Shown: positions 1 through 8,346 of the stretch, piece after piece
How the letters are laid out: each line of letters starts with the position of its first letter
Position numbering within the stretch: the stretch's first letter is position 1
From: a virus
Taxonomy: Duplodnaviria; Caudoviricetes
Reading direction: 5' to 3' (one strand)
DNA: 24,064 nucleotides
Virus record (IMG/VR): IMGVR_UViG_3300046819_000096
Coordinates: 1-24,064 of that record
Program-made: the position numbers and the translations under genes
Notes under the pieces: model-generated
What the model was told of the DNA's origin: nothing
The model's input: only the letters and a program-made list of their open reading frames with translations
Databases searched by the model: none

Positions 1-2
1 AA

Positions 3-674
3 GTTAAACGTGCTAAACTCGGTGTTATTGTGCATACGCAATATCACGGAAAAGACCTACAGTCAATGTCGGCTGATCCTTTCCCGGATCATCACAACTT
101 TGGCCACAATGAAGATGTATGGCACAAGTCAGCAGAATATGATACTAGACATGTACACTATTCTGAAGATGCTCAAAAAGAATTCCACAAACACATGGAA
201 GCAGCATCCAAATTGAATAATGAGGGTGGCAAGAAGATGTATAATGCCATTCAACCACATGGTGGTGAAGCAGGTCATCTTTCAACATATATTAATCAAA
301 CCGTTCGTACAGGTGAAACTCCTTCTGTTAATGGTTTGCAAAAACACATCACAGACAAATATAAGAAGGCGGCAGAAAAACTTAAAACTCCTGCTGCTCA
401 AGGTCGTAGAGAAGGTGAAGGTCAACAACACGTTGCCCATATTGCTGATAATAAGGAACATTATGAAAACTTCTTGAAAATGCACCACCACATACAACAG
501 GCAAAGAATGTATTGGTTCACACATTGAACCAACATGAAGGTGGTCTGGAACATCATATAGATAATAAGAGAACAAATCCAGAAGGATTTGTCGTTAATC
601 ATGCAGGCGAGCCAACAAAACTCGTCAATCGTGCCGAATTTGCAAGAGCAAACCTATTAAAAGTCAGAAAATGA
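3..674 (+). CDS. 5'-truncated conserved T4-like phage protein with ligase/nucleotidyltransferase-like C-terminal motifs
   Basis: The frame is open from the window edge (VKRAKLGVIVHTQYHG...), so the listed GTG at 30 is probably not the start. It ends PEGFVVNHAGEPTKLVNRAEFARAN, a signature I recall from the ORF preceding cytidyltransferase genes in aquatic T4-like phages. His-rich. Confidence 0.7.
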   Translation, partial: VKRAKLGVIVHTQYHGKDLQSMSADPFPDHHNFGHNEDVWHKSAEYDTRHVHYSEDAQKEFHKHMEAASKLNNEGGKKMYNAIQPHGGEAGHLSTYINQTVRTGETPSVNGLQKHITDKYKKAAEKLKTPAAQGRREGEGQQHVAHIADNKEHYENFLKMHHHIQQAKNVLVHTLNQHEGGLEHHIDNKRTNPEGFVVNHAGEPTKLVNRAEFARANLLKVRK

Positions 675-2539
675 AAACCTTTTTAGAGTCATTAGACGAA
701 ATTAAGAAGTCCACCAAACCGGTGGTAATGGCCTTTGGTCGTATGAACCCACCAACATCAGGTCACTTAAAGTTGATCGATAAGGTTAAATCTACGGCCG
801 AAAAAGAAGGTGCAAAACACACTATCGTTCTTTCTCGTTCACAGGACTCTAAAAAGAATCCGTTATCAGGTGAACAGAAAGTTAAACACTTACAGAGATT
901 CTCTCCTGGCACACATTTTGATGTTGCTTCGAAAGATCATCCAACACTTATGCACCACGCAGCTAGATTACATGCTGCAGGTCACGACCATCTGATTGTT
1001 GTTGGTGGTTCGGATCGTGTTAAAGAATATCACGACCTCTTACACAAGTATAATGGTAAAGAAGGTAAACACGGATATTACAACTTTAAGAAGATTGAAG
1101 TCCGTTCTGCTGGTCATCGTGATCCTGATGCAGAAGGTTCTGAAGGCATGTCTGGCACTAAAATGCGTCACCATGCACAGAACAATGATTTCCATTCTTT
1201 CCGCCAAGGTGTTCCTCACCACGTTTCAGATCAACATGCTAGAGAGTTAATGAGAGATACTCGTAAAGGCATGGGTCTAAATGAAAATATCAATCGTGGT
1301 GTATTCAAGGCAATTTTTGTAACTGGTGGTCCAGGTTCAGGTAAAGATATTATCATTCGTGAGTGTATTGCGGAATCTAAATGTGTTGAGTTGAATACAA
1401 TTCAAGCATTCGAACAAATTTCAAAACTTGGTTACATCAAAGAAGTTAAAGAACGTAAACCATTAATCATCAATGGCCCAGCAGAAAACTCTCAAAGAAT
1501 CGGTGTCATTAAAGAATATCTTGGAAACTTGGGTTATTCGACAATGATGGTTTTTGTGGAAACTTCCAACGAAGCATCACAAGAAAGAAATTCTAAACTG
1601 TCTAGAATGATGGTAGAATCTATCAGAAATGAAAAATGGGAATTGTCACAGAAGAACAAAACAATGTTCTCCGAATCGTTTGACAATTTTATGGTTTTCG
1701 ATAATAACCGTACCATTGAAAGTCTGGAAGAAGATATTACCGATACATATATGTCAATCAACTCATTTTTAGACAACAGAAACTATTCGGAAAGTGCATT
1801 TGGTTGGTTGGATAGAAACAATAGACTAAATATCAATGAAAAACTCACAAATTTCTTCAAGGAAAGTAATAATGATTCAGGCAATTCTAAATTGGTTCAA
1901 AAAGTTAACGTCAAAGGGAAATACAACCCAGCCTTCCGTGCCGCAGGTCCAGGAGACATTACCCCAGACAACCGAGCAGGTGACGAAAACGCAGACGACC
2001 TCAAGTGGGACGCACCAAAAAGGAACAAAACGTACACCTTCAAAACCTACAGTGAAGGCAAAAACCCAACGCTCACAATCAGCCCAGAGCCAAAAGAGCC
2101 AAACTTCCAAAAAGACGCAGACAAAGAAAAAGTAAAAAAACGTGGTGACAAATCACTGAAGCAACAGACTTTGGGTAAACCTGCTGGTGTCGGTCAAGAA
2201 TATGATACTCGTGCAGGTGGCCAAGGTGCCGCAGCTGGTGCAGGTTTAGGTAATCAGACATACAGTGAAAGTATTGATGCAAGTAATGATGATGTTATCA
2301 ACTTTGCTGGTATGACAAGAGGTCCTACTCCTAATCCTTTGAGTAGTGATTATGACAACACGAAGAAGTCGTTTAAGAAGTTTAGAACCATCAAAAAAGA
2401 AGCAATTGATGATCCTGGTGCAAATGATATGGGTGTCGGTGGTACATTAGGTGGTGCAACTAATAAAGAACCTATGCAGTCATACAAAGATTCAGATCGT
2501 AATACAACCCTAACAATTAAGAAAAAAAAGAAGGTGTAA
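671..2539 (+). CDS. Cytidyltransferase/NMNAT-like (HxGH superfamily) domain fused to a P-loop kinase-like domain and a low-complexity tail
   Basis: N-domain FGRMNPPTSGH...VVGGSDRV...MSGTKMR. Second domain KAIFVTGGPGSGKD (Walker A at 1325-1345), LIING and MVFVETS...RN. ATGA overlap with the upstream ORF. Confidence 0.85.
   Translation: MKTFLESLDEIKKSTKPVVMAFGRMNPPTSGHLKLIDKVKSTAEKEGAKHTIVLSRSQDSKKNPLSGEQKVKHLQRFSPGTHFDVASKDHPTLMHHAARLHAAGHDHLIVVGGSDRVKEYHDLLHKYNGKEGKHGYYNFKKIEVRSAGHRDPDAEGSEGMSGTKMRHHAQNNDFHSFRQGVPHHVSDQHARELMRDTRKGMGLNENINRGVFKAIFVTGGPGSGKDIIIRECIAESKCVELNTIQAFEQISKLGYIKEVKERKPLIINGPAENSQRIGVIKEYLGNLGYSTMMVFVETSNEASQERNSKLSRMMVESIRNEKWELSQKNKTMFSESFDNFMVFDNNRTIESLEEDITDTYMSINSFLDNRNYSESAFGWLDRNNRLNINEKLTNFFKESNNDSGNSKLVQKVNVKGKYNPAFRAAGPGDITPDNRAGDENADDLKWDAPKRNKTYTFKTYSEGKNPTLTISPEPKEPNFQKDADKEKVKKRGDKSLKQQTLGKPAGVGQEYDTRAGGQGAAAGAGLGNQTYSESIDASNDDVINFAGMTRGPTPNPLSSDYDNTKKSFKKFRTIKKEAIDDPGANDMGVGGTLGGATNKEPMQSYKDSDRNTTLTIKKKKKV
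1872..2135 (+). CDS. Candidate overprinted 87-aa basic Thr/Lys/Gln-rich protein in the +1 frame
   Basis: AAGGA 8 nt before ATG 1872. Starts MIQAILNWFKKL. T-ending codons of the host frame largely vanish across this interval and return after TAA 2135. Confidence 0.55.
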   Translation: MIQAILNWFKKLTSKGNTTQPSVPQVQETLPQTTEQVTKTQTTSSGTHQKGTKRTPSKPTVKAKTQRSQSAQSQKSQTSKKTQTKKK

Positions 2540-2541
2540 AA

Positions 2542-3648
2542 ATGCTTGACAACAAAATCAAAAGTGTCTCTGAAACTGTAATGAAGGTTATTAACCTCCA
2601 GGAAAAAGTCACCGTCAAAAAAGAATATGATGATAAACATGAAGCTGAACATGGTGTTTATCACAATGGCAAAAAAATTGGTTATGTTGTTCACGATAAA
2701 AAGAGCAACACACACACAGCTTATCATGGTCCACAAGGAGATGATGGTGAAGAAGATTATGGTCATATAGACGATCATGACAGTCATGCTGACGCAGTGA
2801 ATACAATCAAACATTCGGCTGGTGTTCCTGTGCATGAAGAAATTGATCCGAAAAAGAGAACTAAAGACACCTTGAAGGGTGCTAACGAACCAACAAAACA
2901 AAAGGACGATGTTGGTCCTGGTTCAGATGGAAAATCAACAAAAGTCAAGTATCGTCCTGGTCCACTTGCTACTGAAGGTTTCAAAGATAAACTGTTAAAC
3001 TGGATCGGCGAAGCTAACGAAGAAATGCTTTCTCGTTACATGAAGTCTCGTGGTTATAATCCATCAACGACAACAAAAGACAAAAAGATTGCTATTGTTA
3101 AGTCGAATGAATTTAAGAAGTGGATGAATGATCACCAGTTTGAAGAAACAGAAGTTGAAACCGACAATGTTGAAGAACTGATTGAAATGGTCAATGAAGT
3201 TCTTTCTAAAGATGCAAAGGCTGCTGACTGGATTCACGATTTCGTTCACAGTGACAATCCTAAGTTTGAAGGCAAGTCTAAGAAGAAACGCATGAAGATG
3301 GCTCTTGCTGCTTATTATTCGAAGCAACGCAATGAAGATTGGGAAGCAGAACCAGAAACTAAAGAACCTGAAGCTAAAGATGATGCTAAATTGAAGGCAC
3401 AGGCACAAAAGACAAAGAAAGACCTAGACAAGATTTCTAAGGCATTTTCTAAGAAGAACGAAGAAGTTGAACTGGAAGAAGGTAGACAACCTGAAACAGA
3501 CAATGTTCCTTTTGTTGCACCTTACACTGATGTTAAACCTGACGTTAAAGACAAAGGTACATCAGGTTCACATACTCCATTTTCTAGAGTTAGACACTTA
3601 GCACGTACTGCTATGGATAAAGTTAAGAAAGAAGTGGTTGACAAATGA
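2542..3648 (+). CDS. Probable internal head/virion protein with multiple gp21-type cleavage motifs
   Basis: 368 aa, Lys/Glu/His-rich. Modules are separated by NLQE, VHEE, LATE, MVNE and EEVELEE. Contains DFVHSDNPKFEGKSKKKRMKMALAAY, which I recall from T4-like head proteins. Confidence 0.65.
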   Translation: MLDNKIKSVSETVMKVINLQEKVTVKKEYDDKHEAEHGVYHNGKKIGYVVHDKKSNTHTAYHGPQGDDGEEDYGHIDDHDSHADAVNTIKHSAGVPVHEEIDPKKRTKDTLKGANEPTKQKDDVGPGSDGKSTKVKYRPGPLATEGFKDKLLNWIGEANEEMLSRYMKSRGYNPSTTTKDKKIAIVKSNEFKKWMNDHQFEETEVETDNVEELIEMVNEVLSKDAKAADWIHDFVHSDNPKFEGKSKKKRMKMALAAYYSKQRNEDWEAEPETKEPEAKDDAKLKAQAQKTKKDLDKISKAFSKKNEEVELEEGRQPETDNVPFVAPYTDVKPDVKDKGTSGSHTPFSRVRHLARTAMDKVKKEVVDK

Positions 3649-5408
3649 GTGACAAAGCCCAAAAGATAAAGGCAATCATCAAAGGTGTGGCTCCAAAGTC
3701 CACCTTTGGTACTAATCCTAATGATCCTTGGTCAGCAAAGTATAATGTTGCTGAATCTAGTGACTTGGAGAAATACTTAAAGTCTAAAGGCATCAATCCT
3801 GCATTTGTTGGTACAGACACTAAGATTGCTCATTCTAAATCTGGTGATTTCGCTAAATGGAAACGTGATCACCAATTTGAAGAAGTTCAAACAGAACAGA
3901 CTGCAACCAGCAAGCACACTCCAACTGAAATTAAGAAACATGAGTTGGAGAAAAAGGCACACAAACAAAAAGAAATAGGATCTGTTGGTGCTAAACCTTG
4001 GAATCAACCAAACTACAATCTGTCAATCAAAGCTCGTCAAGCAGCTGCCGATAGATTAAATAAAGAAGAAGTGCAGATTGACGAAGGTAAGATGGGTGAA
4101 TTGCATGACACCATTTCCCGTCATGTTGACAAGCATATCTCTGACTTCAAGAGCGGTCATACTGGTATGGATCAATTCGGTAGCAAAGTTCTTGCTGCTC
4201 ATAAAGCGGTTGCAAAAGAACATGGTCTAGAACATAAGCATGCTGCTAAGTTTGTTAACGACTACGTTGATAGTAAACTAAATGAAGAAGTTGTGTCAGA
4301 AGCAGATAAACATTCGTTTATTGGAAAGATTCGACGCAAACAAGAGTTGAAGAAAAAAGTTGATTCTACTTGGAAAGAGCTAGGTACTGCTCAGAAACAA
4401 GGCGACCATGAAACTGCTAGTAAAGCATTTAGAAAACACGAAAGATATGCTAATCTTGAACGTCCAGGAACTTGGACTAAAGTCAAAGAAGAAACTGACC
4501 TGAACGAAGTCTCTGACCAAACTCTTGACAAAGCATGGCATGGTCGTTACCAACAAGCACTTGCTGCTAAGCATGGTTCTCCAGAACATCAAAAAGCACA
4601 TAAGAGCATGGGTAAAATTGGCGATGTTATGAAAAAGAGAATTGATAAAAAATTGACCCACATGGTAAAGCACGATCCTGAAGCATACAAGAAATCGGCA
4701 GTTGATTCAGCAGAACAGGATCGTAAACGTGGTTGGTCAACAGAAGAGCGTGTATGTCCAATTTGCGGCCAAACACCTTGTAATTGTACACACATTTCAG
4801 AAGATAAGTTTGGTAAACCAACACCATCTTTAGAAGAAATCGCCAAGAAACATAAAGTTTCCATGGAAGAATTAAAAAAGGCTCACGAAGAAGGTGTTAA
4901 GGTTGAAAGTGAACACACTAACGACAAAAACGTTGCTGATGAAATTGCTCGTGACCACCTGAACGAAAAACCAGACTACTATAAGAAACTTAAAAAGTAT
5001 GTCGAAGATGTTTTCCAAGATGCTCAGGCGGCTACACAAACTGTTTTTGATGGTGCAACAAACACTGATGACACCACACAAAACAAAAAGAGAGAAATGT
5101 CGAAATCAGCAAGAATGATTAAAGCTCTCTATAAGAAACATAAGATGGTCAAAGAAGATTTATATGACCACGAAAAGGAAGATAAGTCTGTTGCGACCTA
5201 TGGTAAGAAACCAAAAATGAATACTCCAGATATGGATAAGAATTTTGGTGAAAATAAACCTGATGCTGCAGCGGTTATGTCTGGTGGTAAAACATTAACG
5301 GGTGAACCTAGAGATGATGTGGAAATTGACCCATTAATGAGAAATGTTCCAAATCGCCTGGATGACGTTAAGAAGGCTGATTCGGATACGAAAAAAAGTA
5401 AACAATAA
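3645..5408 (+). CDS. Probable internal head/virion polyprotein with a DUF5661-like module and a small Cys cluster
   Basis: 587 aa. Linkers NVAE, EEVQIDE, LNEEVVSE, EETDLNE, HISE, MVKE. Contains CPICGQTPCNC and GVKVESEHT...IARDHLNEKPDYYKKL (DUF name from recall). Confidence 0.65.
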   Translation: MSDKAQKIKAIIKGVAPKSTFGTNPNDPWSAKYNVAESSDLEKYLKSKGINPAFVGTDTKIAHSKSGDFAKWKRDHQFEEVQTEQTATSKHTPTEIKKHELEKKAHKQKEIGSVGAKPWNQPNYNLSIKARQAAADRLNKEEVQIDEGKMGELHDTISRHVDKHISDFKSGHTGMDQFGSKVLAAHKAVAKEHGLEHKHAAKFVNDYVDSKLNEEVVSEADKHSFIGKIRRKQELKKKVDSTWKELGTAQKQGDHETASKAFRKHERYANLERPGTWTKVKEETDLNEVSDQTLDKAWHGRYQQALAAKHGSPEHQKAHKSMGKIGDVMKKRIDKKLTHMVKHDPEAYKKSAVDSAEQDRKRGWSTEERVCPICGQTPCNCTHISEDKFGKPTPSLEEIAKKHKVSMEELKKAHEEGVKVESEHTNDKNVADEIARDHLNEKPDYYKKLKKYVEDVFQDAQAATQTVFDGATNTDDTTQNKKREMSKSARMIKALYKKHKMVKEDLYDHEKEDKSVATYGKKPKMNTPDMDKNFGENKPDAAAVMSGGKTLTGEPRDDVEIDPLMRNVPNRLDDVKKADSDTKKSKQ

Positions 5409-5411
5409 ATA
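5404..5411 (+). promoter_or_regulatory. T4-type late promoter variant (AATAAATA)
   Basis: 7/8 match to TATAAATA at the end of the previous gene, ahead of an AAGGAG SD and a structural gene. Confidence 0.6.
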
Positions 5412-5444
5412 GTATAATAAACGGGATTTTTCAAGGAGAAAAAC

Positions 5445-6116
5445 ATGTCCTCATGGGGTAAATACGATAACGCAGCTAACACACCACTGTGGGCTGTTAA
5501 CGCTTCGATTGTTAAGAACAATCCAACAAAGGCTGCACCAACTCGTGCCAACGTTACACTTCTGTATGCAAACACCACATCTGGTGCTTACATCGCTGGT
5601 GAAACTGTCGGTCTTTTCGGTGTTGATGCACAAGAAGCTAATGCAAACAAGAAAGTTGCACATGCTGGTTGGGTACTGAAAACTACAGGTACTGGCGGCC
5701 GTGCTGGTCGTGTACAACAAGAAACTCTAGTTGCTCTAAGTTCCATGAATGGTACTGACGGTGATGGTCAAATTTACGCTAACGTTTCTATTTCACTGGC
5801 GGGTCCTTCGGCTGCGTCAGTTCTGGCTAGCGGTTCGTATGCTAACACAGCAACGTTCACAGTAACACCAACACTGTCCGGTAACACATCTGCAACTCTG
5901 ACATATGCATGGCAGACAAACAATGCAACTGGTACCAGAGGTTGGACAACACCAACAGATATCGCAAACATCCACTTCACTGGTGTAACTACCGCAACTC
6001 TGGGTGTCAAACCAGCAAATACTGCTAACACAACCGATGTGTTCCGTGTTGTTGTTACTGCGGCTGATCAAGGTGTGGTTGCAACATCTTCTAACGCAAC
6101 AATCACAATCGCTTAA
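5445..6116 (+). CDS. Virion structural/decoration protein with a C-terminal Ig-like domain
   Basis: MSSWG start and HAGWV motif. Ala/Thr-rich beta pattern TYAWQ...W...FTGVTTATLGV...FRVVVT. Strong SD AAGGAG and a late promoter upstream. Confidence 0.7.
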   Translation: MSSWGKYDNAANTPLWAVNASIVKNNPTKAAPTRANVTLLYANTTSGAYIAGETVGLFGVDAQEANANKKVAHAGWVLKTTGTGGRAGRVQQETLVALSSMNGTDGDGQIYANVSISLAGPSAASVLASGSYANTATFTVTPTLSGNTSATLTYAWQTNNATGTRGWTTPTDIANIHFTGVTTATLGVKPANTANTTDVFRVVVTAADQGVVATSSNATITIA

Positions 6117-6604
6117 TGTTCAATTTTCGTGAATTTCTAAACGAGGGTGGATACCACTTACCGGTGGTATCCATTTCTAAGGATAAAGTTGATTTATCCA
6201 ATGATATAACACGTGATGAAATTAATCGCAATTTGTCGGCAGTAATGTCACAACAATGGATTAATCCATATAGTGCATTGCTAAAGGTTACAAAACTTCT
6301 TTCGATGTATGGCATTACTTTACCGAAAATTGTGTTAGACAACGAAATTGATGATGAGTTGGTTATCGTATTGAATCAGTTTGGTCCTAAGATTGGTGCT
6401 AAGCTTGATGGTACAATTAACACAGTTCAGAATCCGGATGAAGGTGAATTCTACCTTATATTCCAGTACAATCTAAGTGATAGTGGTTTTCTTGAATGTT
6501 TTTCTTCTGTAGCAACGGAAGACGAATTGAATGATATTCTAGACGAAGATGAAGAAGGTCAATTTGAGGATGAAACTGGCGATTTAGATCCCAGACAAAA
6601 ATAA
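6116..6604 (+). CDS. Hypothetical acidic protein with a capsid-targeting-like N-terminus
   Basis: TAATG coupling. Starts MFNFREFLNE. Confidence 0.7.
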   Translation: MFNFREFLNEGGYHLPVVSISKDKVDLSNDITRDEINRNLSAVMSQQWINPYSALLKVTKLLSMYGITLPKIVLDNEIDDELVIVLNQFGPKIGAKLDGTINTVQNPDEGEFYLIFQYNLSDSGFLECFSSVATEDELNDILDEDEEGQFEDETGDLDPRQK

Positions 6605-6990
6605 TGATCGATAATTTGACTGATGAAAACTTTGTTATGTATGCGATGAAGTGTTATACTTCACCACATTGTATTTTGTCTGAATTTGAAGGCGACATAA
6701 AAAGAATAAAATATCTGAAAAGATTGATTCGCAGATATAAAGTAACAAAGGCATTAAAAGAAAGATTGATACTAAATCATATCATTCTATTGAGCAACGT
6801 TTTCGGCCATTTACCTACAGTCAGAATCCTATTCTTCAAAATAGAAGAACGTGATTATGATGTATTAAAAACTTTTCTGTTATATCTAAACATTATGCCA
6901 GAAGTAGTTAAAGGTATCAACGGCAAAAATATAATGTCGAGTGATATACCATTAGATGAAACCGTTGTCGGAGTCTTAAGAAAGCTATGA
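6604..6990 (+). CDS. Conserved T4-like phage hypothetical protein
   Basis: LTDENFVMYAMK...KRIKYLKRL...ERLILNHII..NVFG, a family I recall from aquatic T4-like phages. Confidence 0.75.
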   Translation: MIDNLTDENFVMYAMKCYTSPHCILSEFEGDIKRIKYLKRLIRRYKVTKALKERLILNHIILLSNVFGHLPTVRILFFKIEERDYDVLKTFLLYLNIMPEVVKGINGKNIMSSDIPLDETVVGVLRKL

Positions 6991-7361
6991 AAACATTTAA
7001 ACAGTTAAGAGAAGGTCTAAAAGATTCCTGCTGGAAGGGATATGAGGCCATAGGCACAAAGAAGAAGAACGGTAAGACTGTTCCGAATTGTGTACCTGTA
7101 AAAGAAGATTGGCAAAAGGTCAACAAACAAGACAATACAGATGGTATGTCACAGAAGGCAGTTAATGCTTATCGCCGTGAGAATCCTGGTTCGAAACTAA
7201 AGACTGCGGTTACAGAAAAGAATCCAAGTGGTAAACGTGCATCACGCAGAAAATCATTTTGTGCTCGCATGAGTGGCATGAAACGTGCTCATGCAAGTGC
7301 TGAGACCAAACGTGATCCAGATTCACCAATCAACAAAGCCTTACGTAGATGGAGATGCTAA
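6987..7361 (+). CDS. Basic two-module probable head protein
   Basis: MKTFKQLRE leader, then CWKGY...VPNCVP, a VKE linker, and RRKSFCARMSGMK...DPDSPINKALRRWRC. Confidence 0.75.
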   Translation: MKTFKQLREGLKDSCWKGYEAIGTKKKNGKTVPNCVPVKEDWQKVNKQDNTDGMSQKAVNAYRRENPGSKLKTAVTEKNPSGKRASRRKSFCARMSGMKRAHASAETKRDPDSPINKALRRWRC

Positions 7362-7546
7362 TGAAATCGTTTAAAGATTTTATCAAAGAAGATGGCATGG
7401 CCGTTGGTGGTTCAACAGGACCAACAAACGTATCATCTGGTGTTGCTGGTACTGGCGGTTCAGCTGGTGAACCAGGAGTAAATCCAAAGAAAAGAAAATC
7501 TCCTGTCTTGATGAAGATAGCTAAGAGAAATCCTCCAAAGATGTAA
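7361..7546 (+). CDS. Small Gly-rich probable head protein
   Basis: GGAG before ATG 7361 (TAATG coupling). MKSFKDFIKE leader and GEPGV motif. Confidence 0.7.
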   Translation: MKSFKDFIKEDGMAVGGSTGPTNVSSGVAGTGGSAGEPGVNPKKRKSPVLMKIAKRNPPKM

Positions 7547-7547
7547 A

Positions 7548-7922
7548 ATGAACCATTGGTTAGATGCAATTTGGACACCAAATGAACTGATGTTCATAAT
7601 ACTATCTGTAATAATGATAGTATGTAGTGTTTATTTGTATCGATTAAATGCTGATAAGAAAAGTAAAGTATATTTTTTAGACCTAGTGTGTACCAATGGC
7701 GTATTGAACGAAAGAAAGTTCAGTAGATTTGGTGTCTGGATTGTAAGCACTTGGGGTTTCATTTATCTTATAGCTATGGATAGATTAACCGAATGGTACT
7801 TCATTGGATACATGGGTGCTTGGGTTGCAAATGCCTTGATTGGTAAAGCAATACAGAATAAAGATTTACAAGAATACTACAATGAACCTAATAATGAAAT
7901 AAGGGAAAAATGTCATGATTAA
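7548..7922 (+). CDS. Putative holin (about 3 transmembrane segments)
   Basis: Three hydrophobic stretches and a charged C-terminal tail. Overlaps the endolysin start. Confidence 0.6.
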   Translation: MNHWLDAIWTPNELMFIILSVIMIVCSVYLYRLNADKKSKVYFLDLVCTNGVLNERKFSRFGVWIVSTWGFIYLIAMDRLTEWYFIGYMGAWVANALIGKAIQNKDLQEYYNEPNNEIREKCHD

Positions 7923-8343
7923 CAGTCGTTCTTTGGATGAATTGCATCCTGTGGTAAAACCAAAGGTTGAAAAATTTTTAGAATTGTGTGATAATGAAGG
8001 CATTGATCTTCTTGTCACATCAACTTATCGTGACCATGAATCGCAGAACGCTTTGTATGCTCAAGGTCGCACTGCACCAGGTAAGAAAGTGACTAACGCA
8101 AAAGCAGGACAGTCCTGGCACAATTGGCGTTGTGCAGTTGATATTGTTCCATTGCGTAACGGTAAACCAGTATGGAACACTTCTGGTGAAGATGCTAAAC
8201 TGTGGGAAAAAGTTGGTCAGTTGGGAGAACAAGCCGGTCTAGAATGGGCAGGTCGTTGGAAAACATTTAAAGAAATGGCACACTTCCAATACACTGGTGG
8301 TTTAACACTCAAAGATTTACAATCTGGTAAACAGATAGGATAA
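7915..8343 (+). CDS. Endolysin, M15 family (L-Ala-D-Glu type) Zn peptidase
   Basis: TYR..Q..LYAQGRT.PG..VTNA..GQSWHN...AVD...W.G.W..F.E..HFQ motif set of CwlK/Ply500-like peptidases. Confidence 0.92.
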   Translation: MINSRSLDELHPVVKPKVEKFLELCDNEGIDLLVTSTYRDHESQNALYAQGRTAPGKKVTNAKAGQSWHNWRCAVDIVPLRNGKPVWNTSGEDAKLWEKVGQLGEQAGLEWAGRWKTFKEMAHFQYTGGLTLKDLQSGKQIG

Positions 8344-8346
8344 ATT

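Noticed and set aside
1910-2135. T-poor tract as a diversity-generating retroelement template
   Set aside because: No second near-identical copy and no reverse transcriptase in the window. Dual coding explains the bias better.
2350-2901. 183-aa minus-strand ORF and the other antisense ORFs in the track
   Set aside because: They shadow well-supported plus-strand genes, have no SD or recognisable motifs, and their hydrophobic composition follows from the A-rich sense strand.
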